A stretch of DNA of 32,000 bases from Geotalea daltonii FRC-32 (GTDB taxonomy: Bacteria > Desulfobacterota > Desulfuromonadia > Geobacterales > Geobacteraceae), in assembly GCF_000022265.1 (NCBI RefSeq), contig NC_011979.1:1050001-1082000 (forward strand), written 5' to 3'. Shown here in pieces: positions 1-9,566 of this stretch; the first letter of the stretch is position 1; each line of letters opens with the position of its first letter. The position numbers were made by a program, and so were the translations under genes. The notes under the pieces were generated by a model. The model was not told the origin of the DNA. It saw only the letters and a list, made by a program, of their open reading frames with translations, and did not search any database.

Positions 1-1422
1 CGCCATGCCCGGCACAATATCCTCATGGCCGGCTGGCAATTCGACTCGGAAGTGCGTCTCATCAGGGGAAAAGAGGCCCAGTTGGCGGATGGTGACGTGC
101 GCTTTCTCGCCTTCCTCGAATCACTCTGCGAAAAGAACCCGGAACTGGAGATATACATCCTCGCCTGGGATTTCAGTATCTTCTTTTCACTGGAACGGGA
201 ATGGTTCCAGGACCTGATCTTCAACTGGTCCACCAACGAGAGGATTCATTTCACCTTTGACGGCAAGCATGCCGTCAATGCCACCCATCACCAGAAATTC
301 GTCATCATCGATGGCCAACTGGCTTTCGTCGGTGGCATCGACATCTGTTCGGACCGCTGGGATGACCGTCGCCATCTGCGGCACAATCCGGAACGAAAAA
401 ATGTCGACGGCATCTCCTACGGCGCTTATCACGATATCCAGTCGTACCATACGGGCCCGGTAGTCAGGGAACTGCTGGGAGTATTTCAGGATCGGTGGGC
501 CGAGGCAGGAGGGGAAACCATAGTCTTTCCCACGGTCAATGGGCATTTGCCAAAGGTCGACGGGGCTGCCCTTCCCCTGCCGGCAGGTTCCGTAGCAATA
601 AGCCGGACCCAGGCCCGTGATCTGCTTGCCCTACGCGAGCAGATCCAGGAGATTCGCCGCTTGTTCATCGATGCGATCATGGCTGCCGATCGGCTGGTCT
701 ATATGGAAAACCAGTACTTCAGTTCCCAGGCGATTTTTTGGGCGCTGGTATCGAGGATGAAAGAGCGGCAGCGGCCGAAGCTTGAGATTGTCTTGATCCT
801 GCCCGACAGGCTTCCTTTTACCGAAGAACTGTTTCTTGGCCTGCCCCAGATGAAGATGCTTAAAGGGCTGAAGGAGGTGGCCGCCGAGAACGGCCACCGT
901 CTGGGGATCTATTCCACCGTCTGTACCGACAATGGCGAGAGAAACATGACTTTCATCCACTCCAAGCTGATGCTTGTGGATGACCGGTTCCTGACGGTGG
1001 GTTCGGCCAATGCCACCAACAGGAGTCTGGGGCTCGATACGGAACTGAACATGAGCTGGGAGGCGGAGGTTGGGGAGGGGAGGGAACTTGAAGAATCGAT
1101 CCGCCGGGTGCGTATCTCCCTTCTGACCGAGCATTCGGCGATGTACGATGAAGGGGCGGAAAACAGACTGGGGCAGATCGAAGGGCTGGTGGATTATCTG
1201 GACTCGCTGGTGGATAATAAGGAGAGCCGGCTTTGTCTGTATCAGCCGGATCAGTCTCTGGAGGGGATCGGCTGGCAGGGGGCGCTGGAACCGGTGACCC
1301 GTATCGTGGATCCCGAGCGGCCCCAGGTGGAAGAATTCGTCTTTGAAAGCCTGTCAAGATTTGAAACAAGCAAGTTCACCAGAGGGATATTACTTCTGGG
1401 GCAGTGGCTGTCCGGTCTTTAA
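1..1422 (+). CDS. Phospholipase D / cardiolipin-synthase-like protein (two HKD motifs); 5' end probably off-window
   Basis: Frame 1 is open from base 1 (RHNILMAGWQFD...). Two HKD motifs: HHQKFVIIDGQLAFVGGID and IHSKLMLVDDRFLTVGSANATNRS. Confidence 0.85.
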   Translation, partial: RHARHNILMAGWQFDSEVRLIRGKEAQLADGDVRFLAFLESLCEKNPELEIYILAWDFSIFFSLEREWFQDLIFNWSTNERIHFTFDGKHAVNATHHQKFVIIDGQLAFVGGIDICSDRWDDRRHLRHNPERKNVDGISYGAYHDIQSYHTGPVVRELLGVFQDRWAEAGGETIVFPTVNGHLPKVDGAALPLPAGSVAISRTQARDLLALREQIQEIRRLFIDAIMAADRLVYMENQYFSSQAIFWALVSRMKERQRPKLEIVLILPDRLPFTEELFLGLPQMKMLKGLKEVAAENGHRLGIYSTVCTDNGERNMTFIHSKLMLVDDRFLTVGSANATNRSLGLDTELNMSWEAEVGEGRELEESIRRVRISLLTEHSAMYDEGAENRLGQIEGLVDYLDSLVDNKESRLCLYQPDQSLEGIGWQGALEPVTRIVDPERPQVEEFVFESLSRFETSKFTRGILLLGQWLSGL

Positions 1423-1441
1423 CAGGATCAAAATAACTTCT

Positions 1442-2017
1442 TCATTCTATGAAACTCGAGCCTTTCCATTTGCCATAGAATACCACTTCCTCCAGCGGTT
1501 TTCTCTTCGGTACCTCCGTAATGGTGTCATGTGGATGACCTATGGGGATCAGTCCGACAATACGGATATTCTCCGGAATGTAGAGCAGTTCATGAAGCTT
1601 CCGTGCATAGAAAAGACCGACGAAAACACTGCCCAGGCCCAGTGAATGGGCGGCAAGCATGATGTTCTGGGCGGCAATGCCGGCGTCGGTCATATAATAG
1701 GGCTGCCCCCCCATCTCCCCCGATTGGGCCGGGTCGGCACAGAGAACGATGACCACCGGCGCCTCGGCAACGGCAGCCTGGGCAGGGTTGGTCTGGTAAC
1801 CCCTGGGGGCGAAAAATGCCGCCACGAACGATAATTCGCTCAATTTTTTTCTGGTAGCAGCATCGGTGACGACGACGAATCGCCAGCACTGCATGTTGGC
1901 CCATGACGGCGCCATCCTTGCGGCATCGAGCACCGCGTGCAGCATGCCCGGTTCGACCGGCTTATGGGAAAACCTCCGGATACTGCGGCGGGTTTTTATG
2001 GCATCGAGGGTATTCAT
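1442..2017 (-). CDS. Nitroreductase family protein
   Basis: The N-terminus [21 protein letters not shown]...[15 protein letters not shown] is the classic nitroreductase signature. 191 aa. Confidence 0.85.
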   Translation of the reverse strand: MNTLDAIKTRRSIRRFSHKPVEPGMLHAVLDAARMAPSWANMQCWRFVVVTDAATRKKLSELSFVAAFFAPRGYQTNPAQAAVAEAPVVIVLCADPAQSGEMGGQPYYMTDAGIAAQNIMLAAHSLGLGSVFVGLFYARKLHELLYIPENIRIVGLIPIGHPHDTITEVPKRKPLEEVVFYGKWKGSSFIE

Positions 2018-2106
2018 GGCGCACCCCTTGTTCGGATGTTTTTATAATTTTAGCGTAAATTGAATATACTGCAGTATTTCTCCTTTCGTTTGCAGCGGGG
2101 GTTGCC

Positions 2107-2895
2107 ATGGCGCTGGCCAAAATGGAGCAGGTGCAGTATGCTGTATGGCGGATTGAATCACTCAGGGATTATATAGAACTCCTGGAGGAAACGCTGCAGT
2201 CCAACAAGCTGGCCATTTTTCGCGGTCAGGCCCATGATTGGCCGCTGGTGCCGAGGGTGGCGACGGTAAATCATCCATTGCCCATACTGGCAAACGAGAG
2301 GCTGATGTTCGATACCTTCTGCCGGGAGGCTTTCCCTTTTGTCCATCCCGAGCCGGCAAACGAGTGGGAATGGCTGGCGGTTGCCCAGCATCACGGGCTG
2401 CCGACCCGGCTGCTGGATTGGTCCACCAATGCATTGGGGGCGCTCTGGTTTACCGTCAGAGCCCCTTCGTCACCTGAAGAAAATGGGGTGGTATGGCTGA
2501 TGATTCCCGACGAGCAGGATGTGGTGAAGCATCCCGACCACACCACTTCACCCTTTGCCGGTTACAGGACCGAAGTCTATCTGCCGCGGCATGTTTCGGG
2601 ACGGGTTCGGTCCCAGGAAGGGGCCTTCACCGTTCACAAATACAGCGAGGAGACGGAGGAATTCATTCCTCTGGAGAAGAGTGGGGCCCAAAATGGAAAG
2701 CTGGTGAAGATACAGGTGCCTGGCAGCCGCTTTCCCCATGTCAGGTATGACCTTTATCGGTGTGGGGTCCATGCCGGTTCCCTTTTTCCCGATGTGACCG
2801 GCGTCGCCGAGAGGATTCGAAACCATTGCCTGCTGTTAGCCGATGAGCTGGACTTCCAGCCGAAAAGGGCTGTTGAGGTGAGTAGAACTGATTGA
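2107..2895 (+). CDS. FRG-domain protein
   Basis: Contains the LAIFRGQAHDWPLVPRV motif (FRG), followed by QHHGLPTRLLDWS, typical of the FRG domain family. Confidence 0.7.
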   Translation: MALAKMEQVQYAVWRIESLRDYIELLEETLQSNKLAIFRGQAHDWPLVPRVATVNHPLPILANERLMFDTFCREAFPFVHPEPANEWEWLAVAQHHGLPTRLLDWSTNALGALWFTVRAPSSPEENGVVWLMIPDEQDVVKHPDHTTSPFAGYRTEVYLPRHVSGRVRSQEGAFTVHKYSEETEEFIPLEKSGAQNGKLVKIQVPGSRFPHVRYDLYRCGVHAGSLFPDVTGVAERIRNHCLLLADELDFQPKRAVEVSRTD

Positions 2896-2923
2896 GTTTT
2901 TTTTCATATTACGCTGCAATATT

Positions 2924-3021
2924 CCCTCTCCCTGAGGGAGAGGGCCAGGGTGAGGGGGCATTGAGCAGGTGGGCACTGCCCCTCATCCGGCCTTCGGCCA
3001 CCTTCTCCCATGGGGAGAAGG
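2924..3021. repeat. Cluster of nested palindromes (REP-like) between the FRG gene and cydA
   Basis: Four palindromes in a row: ccctctccc-tga-gggagaggg (2924-2944), an imperfect tgagggggca...tgcccctca (2951-2985), ggcc-ttc-ggcc (2990-3000), and ccttctccc-atg-gggagaagg (3001-3021). The first and last are near-copies of each other. Confidence 0.6.
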
Positions 3022-3090
3022 AAGCAGCAGTATCTAAAGGTAGTAATTCTCAGATGTCCTGTTAGTCAAAGTCTGAGTAGCGGAGGTTCC

Positions 3091-4416
3091 ATGGACAACC
3101 TGCTTGCCGCCCGCACACTGATGGGGGTTTCTCTCGCCTTCCACATCATCTATGCCACCATCGGCATCGGTTTGCCGCTGATGCTGATGATCGCCGAAGG
3201 CATCTCGCTACGGAATGGCAATGATCTCTATCACCAGATGGCGCGCCGCTGGGTACGCCCCGCCGGCCTTTTGTTCGCCATCGGCGCGGTCTCGGGCACC
3301 ATTCTCTCCTTCGAGCTGGGCTTTCTCTGGCCCAGGTTCATGGCCTTCAGCGGCGCCCTCATCGGCCTTGCCTTCACCATCGAAGGCTTCGCCTTTTTCA
3401 CCGAAGCCATCTTCCTCGCACTGTATATTTATGGAGAAAAGCGCCTGTCGCGCCGGGCGCTCTTTTTCTGCACTATACCCATTACCGTTGCCGCCGCCGC
3501 TTCGGCAGTCTTCGTCATCAGCGCCAATGGCTGGATGAACACCCCGAGCGGTTTCAGAATGGTGGACGGCATGCCTGCAGATCTGCACCCGTTGCAGGCC
3601 CTGGCCAATCCGGCGTGGGCCCATGAGGCGGTACACGGCACCTTTGCCGCCTATGTGGCCACCGGCTTCGCCGTTGCCGGTGTCTATGCATTCTCCATCC
3701 TTCGCGGAACCGATACCGTTTACCACAAAAAAGCGCTGACCCTGGCACTGGCTGTGGCCGGCTTCTTTCTTCCCCTCATGTTCATCTCCGGCGACTGGGC
3801 GGCTTCCTTCGTGGCCAAACATCAAAAACCGAAGCTGGCGGCCATGGAGGCCCATTTTACGACCATGGCCGGCGCTCCCCTTGTCATCGGCGGCTGGCCC
3901 GATCCAGCTTCAGGGCAGGTTTTGTATGCCGTAAAAATTCCAAAGATGTTGAGTGTTCTGGCCCACCGGGAACCGAATGCGGTGGTGGAGGGCTTGGATG
4001 CCTTTCCTCACGGCACTGCTCCCGATCCCCGTCTGGTTCATCCGTTTTTCGACCTGATGGTCGGCTCCTTCTTCATCATGGCCGGCGTTTCCTGCTGGTT
4101 CTGGTGGCGCCGCTGGCAAGATAAAGCGATACCGGCAGGAAAAAGGCTTTTGCAGGCCGTCCTCATTGCTTCTCCCTTTGGCATGATCGCCCTGGAGAGC
4201 GGCTGGTTCGTCACCGAATTCGGCCGCCAGCCCTGGATCGTTCAGAAGCACATGACCGTGGCCCAGGGGGTGACCTCCCATCCGGACATTGACCTGGTGC
4301 TGGCGGCATTCGTCACCGTCTACGTGCTTATGTCCATCGGCCTGCTTAAGCTGCTGCTACGCCCCGCGGGTGAAAGAAGTGCGACCCGCAAGGAGAGCTT
4401 CAATGTTGACCCTTGA
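3091..4416 (+). CDS. cydA: Cytochrome bd-type quinol oxidase subunit I (short, CioA-like length)
   Basis: MDNLLAARTLMGVSLAFHIIYATIGIGLPL... and the GWFVTEFGRQPWIV motif. ATG at 3091 is preceded by GGAGG (3083-3087). The tracked start at 3010 is an upstream extension. Confidence 0.9.
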   Translation: MDNLLAARTLMGVSLAFHIIYATIGIGLPLMLMIAEGISLRNGNDLYHQMARRWVRPAGLLFAIGAVSGTILSFELGFLWPRFMAFSGALIGLAFTIEGFAFFTEAIFLALYIYGEKRLSRRALFFCTIPITVAAAASAVFVISANGWMNTPSGFRMVDGMPADLHPLQALANPAWAHEAVHGTFAAYVATGFAVAGVYAFSILRGTDTVYHKKALTLALAVAGFFLPLMFISGDWAASFVAKHQKPKLAAMEAHFTTMAGAPLVIGGWPDPASGQVLYAVKIPKMLSVLAHREPNAVVEGLDAFPHGTAPDPRLVHPFFDLMVGSFFIMAGVSCWFWWRRWQDKAIPAGKRLLQAVLIASPFGMIALESGWFVTEFGRQPWIVQKHMTVAQGVTSHPDIDLVLAAFVTVYVLMSIGLLKLLLRPAGERSATRKESFNVDP

Positions 4417-5425
4417 AAATATGGCCGCACTGGCCCTCCATCTCGGTCTGGTCATGTATGCCCTCTTCGGTGGCGCCGACTTCGGCGGCGGCATCTGGAC
4501 CGCCCTGGCCTCGGGCCCCCGTGCCCGGGAACAGCGGGACAGCCTCTTTCTGGCCATCGGCCCGGTCTGGGAAACCAATCATGTCTGGCTGATCTTCATG
4601 GTGGTGACGCTCTTTACCGCCTTTCCCAAAGGATTTTCCATTCTTTTTACCGTCCTCCTGGTACCCTTCGTCATTGCCCTGATCGGCATCAATTTCCGCG
4701 GCGCCGCCTTTGCTTTCCGTCATTTCGGCAAAGAGATCGGCCAAGACGTGCCACTAGTGGCGCGGACCTTTGAGATTGCCAGCATTCTCACCCCATTTAC
4801 TCTGGGCATGGCGGTAACCGCCATCGCCTCGGGAAGAATTATTCTCGCCGATGACCTGGTCCAATTGACCCTGTGGGGATGGATCTCCCCCTTCACGCTG
4901 GTCGGGGGGCTGGTGGGGATGGCGGTCTGCGCCTATCTGACTCCCATATACATGACCGTGCGCACGGTGGGGGAATTGCGGGATGATTTTAGACGGCGGG
5001 GGATGGCGGCTGCCCTTGCTCTCGGGGTTATAACAACCATGGCGGTACCCGTGGCCATGGCCGATGCCCCGCTTTTTGCCCAGAGACTGCTGCGGTCATG
5101 GCCGCTGGTCTTCGTTTTCCTGGCCGTTCTCTCCGGCTTGACCACCCAAATGCTGCTCTGGCGGCGGCAATACCTGGCGGCCCAGATCATGGCCGCCGGC
5201 ACCGTGATCCTCACCATAAGCGGATTCTCGGCGGCCCTTTATCCCGACCTGATCATCGGGCAACTGTCCATAGCCGCGGCTGCTGCGCCGCCGCCGACAC
5301 TAAAGGCTTTTTTGACCGTGCTCCCTCTCGGGGCACTGATTCTCGTACCGTCACTGGTGTATCTCTACTGGACCTTCCGGGGAGAGCCGGACCCCCATGC
5401 ACCGCCGGGAAAGGGCAACCGCTGA
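4403..5425 (+). CDS. cydB: Cytochrome bd-type quinol oxidase subunit II
   Basis: MLTLENMAALALHLGLVMYALFGGADFGGGIW... is polytopic. ATG at 4403 is preceded by AGGAGA (4391-4396) and overlaps the cydA stop by 14 nt. Confidence 0.85.
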   Translation: MLTLENMAALALHLGLVMYALFGGADFGGGIWTALASGPRAREQRDSLFLAIGPVWETNHVWLIFMVVTLFTAFPKGFSILFTVLLVPFVIALIGINFRGAAFAFRHFGKEIGQDVPLVARTFEIASILTPFTLGMAVTAIASGRIILADDLVQLTLWGWISPFTLVGGLVGMAVCAYLTPIYMTVRTVGELRDDFRRRGMAAALALGVITTMAVPVAMADAPLFAQRLLRSWPLVFVFLAVLSGLTTQMLLWRRQYLAAQIMAAGTVILTISGFSAALYPDLIIGQLSIAAAAAPPPTLKAFLTVLPLGALILVPSLVYLYWTFRGEPDPHAPPGKGNR

Positions 5426-5444
5426 AGCCCGCTCAAATTCCCTT

Positions 5445-6467
5445 TCAGTTAATGGTGATCCTTCCCGCTTTGCCCAATTCTCCTTCAACGGCATATCTGC
5501 ACGCGCCAAACAGCTCCATAACCCAGAGGTTGGTCAACAGATGCCGCGTTACCGCCGAGGTGGTAAAGGCAGAGCGCTCCCGGCACAGGGCCAGGTAGAG
5601 GATGATCTGGTCCGCCAGGTGGGGGTCCATGGCAGCACCCGTCTCCACATGCTCCAGTAGCTGGTTTGCCGCTTCGGTAGCGACGGTCTCTGCCGGTTTG
5701 CCGGGCGCCCCCAGAGCCTGAAATCCGGCGAGGCCGTTTTCTTCTTCCAGGCGGAGAAAGACGAAGGAGCCAGGGCCGTAGGCTTCCACCCTGATCCGCT
5801 CCACCTCCACCGGGCAGGGAAGCGGCTTGAGAAGCTCCATGGCCCGTTTCTTCTGCCGCTCGGCAATGTTGTCGGGCAGGTTGCCCACACCCGAACAGCC
5901 GGTCACGTGGCGGATCGCGCCGCGTACCGTCGCCTCGAGGGGGGACAGTTTTTCCGTCCTGAACACTTCCACCCTGACCTTACCCCCTCCACGAGGGTAG
6001 AAGCCGTAATGATCCCCGTGAATTCGGATGGTGCATCCGAGCTTTTTAAGCGTCGGGGCAAAGACCTGGGCCAGGTATTCGCCAGAGGGGCTGAAGGGGA
6101 CATTGGTGCCGCCGGTGACGGTAATCGTCGAGTCACGATGGGCAAAGAGGAGCATGGGAATGACCGTCTGCAGCACCAGGGAGATTGATCCGGCGGTGCC
6201 GATATCGAAGCGGAAACTGCCGCCGCTGATGGTACGGGGGGCAAAGGTGATTTCCATGGAGCCGGATGCATCGCCGCTGACCTCCGCATTGGCAACGGTT
6301 TTGGCGGATTTCACCGCCATCAGGTGCTGGGGCTGAAGGCCGGGTTTTTTCCTGGCCGCCCTGATGTTGACCATGCGGAAAGGCTGGCCTCGGATCGCCG
6401 AGAGAGCCAGCGCGGTGCGCAGGATCTGCCCGCCCCCTTCGCCATGGCTGCCGTCGATGGTGATCAT
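5445..6467 (-). CDS. rtcA: RNA 3'-terminal phosphate cyclase
   Basis: MITIDGSHGEGGGQILRTALALSAIRGQPFRMVNIRAARKKPGLQPQHL is the RtcA N-terminal signature. ATG at 6467 has GGAGGG upstream. Confidence 0.9.
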   Translation of the reverse strand: MITIDGSHGEGGGQILRTALALSAIRGQPFRMVNIRAARKKPGLQPQHLMAVKSAKTVANAEVSGDASGSMEITFAPRTISGGSFRFDIGTAGSISLVLQTVIPMLLFAHRDSTITVTGGTNVPFSPSGEYLAQVFAPTLKKLGCTIRIHGDHYGFYPRGGGKVRVEVFRTEKLSPLEATVRGAIRHVTGCSGVGNLPDNIAERQKKRAMELLKPLPCPVEVERIRVEAYGPGSFVFLRLEEENGLAGFQALGAPGKPAETVATEAANQLLEHVETGAAMDPHLADQIILYLALCRERSAFTTSAVTRHLLTNLWVMELFGACRYAVEGELGKAGRITIN

Positions 6468-6555
6468 GGTCCCTCCATAAATGTCGGGAAATCGGCTCCT
6501 TGGTAAAAGTGTAACATGGCCTGCGGGAACGGCTGGCATTCAAAGGAGGTAATGG

Positions 6556-7725
6556 TTATTGATGGTCGGATTTCTTTCCCCAATCGACGCTCATTGCATA
6601 CTCCATGCAGCGCCTGAAGATGTCGTAGTTGAAATGGGGCGGGACTGGATTGGCCGAGTCCCGGTCGGTATTTTGCCGGTCAAAGATTCGGAGGTCGGAG
6701 AGGTAGGGACGGTAGGGTTCGATGAAGCGGTTGAAGAGCTCCTCGGCAGGGCTCGGTTCATATCTTGTGTCTTGGCCGTAGGTGATTTCCAATCCCCTTA
6801 TGTTGAGGAACCTTTCGCAGTATTCTGCCAGTTCTTCGGTTGTGCTGGGTTGTCCATTGGTCAGATGGTAAATGTTGTCAGTATTGGCTGCTTCAATAAT
6901 GGCGAGAGTGGCAGCTACGAAATAGTCGACCGGGATGAGGTTGATGCTGCCCGGCTGTTCCAAAGTCAGCCTTATGGGTAGATGAAGAATGCCCTCGCCG
7001 CCAAGGCGGATTCCATGGCCGGCTGACTTCATGCCCCCATTGTTCCGGATGTCGTTCAAGTAAATATCCCTGATGGCGGCCAGGGACCTCACATGGTGAT
7101 AGATGGCGTTGAAACGGTTGGCCCGGCCGCTTCGGGAATCGCCATAGACAATTGAGGGCCGGACGATAGTAAAGGGGATGCCGCAGGCACGGCAGCTATC
7201 GGCAATCCGGCGTTCTGCCATGGCCTTGGTCTCTTCATAGACGTTGAAGAATTCCGTGGATGATACCGGCCGCTCCAGACAAAGGCCGGGACTGATGCCG
7301 GTGCTGTAAGCGGTGCTGACGTAGTGGAAAGCGGAAGCCTTGCAGTCACTGGCGAAGAGTAGGAGGCTGTTGAGGCTGGTCACATTGGCAGCCAGTGATT
7401 GACCCCGATTGCGATCGGAAAAGGTGGTGTCCGATGCGCAGTGGATGACCAGGTCCGTCTCGGCGCACAGGGCCTGGTAGCGCTTTTGTTCAAGGCCGCA
7501 CCGGAGTTTGAGGAGATCCACTTCCGCCAGTTCCAGGTGCGAGCCTGGATGCTGCAGGCCAAACCACGCCAGTGTGGTGACGATCCGCTCCCCCAGGCTT
7601 TTGCTGCCGGCAGGCCTGCCGAAGACGATCAGTCGATCACCCCGCTTGAGAATTGCGGCCATGAGGTGACTGCCGAGAAACCCCGTTGCGCCGGTGAGTA
7701 CGATGGTGCGAGGTCTCTGTTTCAT
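6556..7725 (-). CDS. SDR-superfamily NAD-binding protein, thioester-reductase / fatty-acyl reductase-like (NAD_binding_4 type)
   Basis: TGATGFLGSHL Rossmann motif, HCASDTTF, FHYVSTAYS and YEETK (YxxxK). Its start overlaps the upstream gene's stop as ATGA (7722-7725). Confidence 0.75.
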   Translation of the reverse strand: MKQRPRTIVLTGATGFLGSHLMAAILKRGDRLIVFGRPAGSKSLGERIVTTLAWFGLQHPGSHLELAEVDLLKLRCGLEQKRYQALCAETDLVIHCASDTTFSDRNRGQSLAANVTSLNSLLLFASDCKASAFHYVSTAYSTGISPGLCLERPVSSTEFFNVYEETKAMAERRIADSCRACGIPFTIVRPSIVYGDSRSGRANRFNAIYHHVRSLAAIRDIYLNDIRNNGGMKSAGHGIRLGGEGILHLPIRLTLEQPGSINLIPVDYFVAATLAIIEAANTDNIYHLTNGQPSTTEELAEYCERFLNIRGLEITYGQDTRYEPSPAEELFNRFIEPYRPYLSDLRIFDRQNTDRDSANPVPPHFNYDIFRRCMEYAMSVDWGKKSDHQ

Positions 7726-9566
7726 GATTGATCCTGGGAATAGAGGAGGTTTTCCTTTCTGCAGTAGCCCTGGTAAAGGATATAGCGGAGCGGCGTTATG
7801 GTTCCGGTTTGCAGGGCACTATTTTCAATCATTGCCCCGGCGGCCATGATCGCTTCCTTTGCCCGATGGATTTCATCGGCGCTGGTCTGGTCGGCATAGT
7901 AGTCGTATTCCATGACGCACCGCTTGCCGTTGTCCACCGGAGTGATGAAGCCGAGGCTGTTCTTCAGCTGGTGGCTGTCTGCAATCTCCTTCAGGGCCGT
8001 TACCATTTCGCTGATCAGTTGAGGCTCCAGGGGCAGATAGATGACGATGGGGAAAAAGTGCCTGTCCCGGCCGATCCGGGAACTTGTGATCCTGAACATG
8101 TTGAGCCAGACAAGATCGGTCAACTCCGGGCGGGAGTAAAGCTCCTCGAAAAAAGGCCTCAGTTCAGGGTCCAGGTCCTGTACAAGTTGACCTGGGGATG
8201 GGGCAAGGGCCGCTTCAGCAAGTTCGGTGAAGCCCCTGATTTTCAGGTAGGAAAACGGTTCATCTTCGGTGAACTCGGCGATCAGATCCAGCCAGCGGGC
8301 GGAGGCGAGGGATGGAAGGCCGAGGGTGAGGGCGGTGACCAGGCGCTGGTCGAATAGGGGCAGCCCCATTTCGCCGATGGCGGCCATTGAGTATTTGTCG
8401 CCGATCACCAGGACCATGCAGGCCATGCCCAGTTTGTCAGCGAAAATTTCCTTGACCTTCACCGCCAGTTCCCGGGTCGGCGAGATAAATGCCGAGACAT
8501 ACTCAAGGTCGAGAATGCCCATGGCCAGGCCGATGCGCCTCGTGGCACACTCCCGGGAAAACCCGATTGCCTGTTCCATGGTTGCAAAAGGGACCAGGAT
8601 CCCCGTCTCATCGGCAGTTTTCGGGTGGAGTTTTATGGACAAGGCAGTGCAGATGCCGGGCGCCTTCTGCTCGACCCTGTCGAATGCATAGAGATTGGGG
8701 GCTGCCTTGTCATTCAGGGAAAACAATGATCCGTCGCTGCCGACGAACTCCGCATCAACATAGTTGTCGGCTGCGGTGCCGTAGGTGGCGGAAAAGAGCG
8801 AGAAGAGGCCGGAGCAACTGGTGCTGCCGCAGACGGCGGCTGCCGGCTCAGCCACATGGACCCGGTAACCGCGCCGGGAAGCCTCACGCTGCAGATCGAA
8901 TGCCGTGACCCCTGGTTCAATTCTGGCCAACCATCGCTTTTCATCGAAAACGATCCCTTTCATCCGGCTGAGGTCGATGACCACCCCCTTGCCGAGGGCC
9001 AATCCGAGAATATTGGTGCCGTTGCCCCGCGCTACCCAGGGAATGCCATTCCCATTGAAGAGCGTTATGAGGCAGGCTATTTCTTCCCGTGTCTCCGGCA
9101 TCACCACGTAGTCGGGCATCTGTGGCTTTGCCATGGGGCAGGGGTCTGTAGAATAGGTGACGGCAACGCCTCGGTCACCGGTAGCCCAGTTATGGCCCAC
9201 GATCTCCTGCATCTCTCGCAAGAGGAAAGTTTCCTTTTCCTTTAAGATGGGGTTACCTGCTGCAACATGTTTTTCCACCAGCGTTTTCAATGCCCTCATC
9301 ACCTTTGTCGGGCGCATTTCCGTGACGAAATAGCACTGGTAATCGCATTTTCCGCACAGGTTGCAGCTGTCTGCCGCCTGGACGCATTTTTCAGTGACAG
9401 GGATTTTTCCGTCGGCGAGGGCCGCATAAAGGAGCATCCTTCCCTGTGGATAAAAGGTCACGTAATGCCGTTCGAAGCCTGAGGCACAGACTCCGGTCCC
9501 AAGAAAGTCGATCTTGCACATGGCATACTGTCGGCAATTGGCGGCGATGTCCCTGGCGTTGTCCAT
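7722..9566 (-). CDS. FAD-binding (PCMH/FAD_binding_4-type) oxidoreductase with an N-terminal Cys-rich Fe-S-type segment
   Basis: The N-terminus carries CNLCGKCDYQC (CxxCxxCxxxC) plus an earlier Cys cluster. The central segment PETREEIACLITLFNGNGIPWVARGNGTNILG resembles FAD_binding_4. Start ATG at 9566 forms an ATGA overlap with the methyltransferase stop. The tracked start at 9689 is an extension. Confidence 0.65.
   Translation of the reverse strand: MDNARDIAANCRQYAMCKIDFLGTGVCASGFERHYVTFYPQGRMLLYAALADGKIPVTEKCVQAADSCNLCGKCDYQCYFVTEMRPTKVMRALKTLVEKHVAAGNPILKEKETFLLREMQEIVGHNWATGDRGVAVTYSTDPCPMAKPQMPDYVVMPETREEIACLITLFNGNGIPWVARGNGTNILGLALGKGVVIDLSRMKGIVFDEKRWLARIEPGVTAFDLQREASRRGYRVHVAEPAAAVCGSTSCSGLFSLFSATYGTAADNYVDAEFVGSDGSLFSLNDKAAPNLYAFDRVEQKAPGICTALSIKLHPKTADETGILVPFATMEQAIGFSRECATRRIGLAMGILDLEYVSAFISPTRELAVKVKEIFADKLGMACMVLVIGDKYSMAAIGEMGLPLFDQRLVTALTLGLPSLASARWLDLIAEFTEDEPFSYLKIRGFTELAEAALAPSPGQLVQDLDPELRPFFEELYSRPELTDLVWLNMFRITSSRIGRDRHFFPIVIYLPLEPQLISEMVTALKEIADSHQLKNSLGFITPVDNGKRCVMEYDYYADQTSADEIHRAKEAIMAAGAMIENSALQTGTITPLRYILYQGYCRKENLLYSQDQS

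Noticed and set aside
3010-3090. N-terminal extensions in the ORF track, for example cydA from 3010, cydB from 4289, rtcA to 6539, the FAD oxidoreductase to 9689, PAP2 from 10493 and HxlR from 18723.
   Set aside because: Internal ATGs with good Shine-Dalgarno sequences coincide with the start of family-typical N-termini. The extensions overlap upstream genes or intergenic palindromes.
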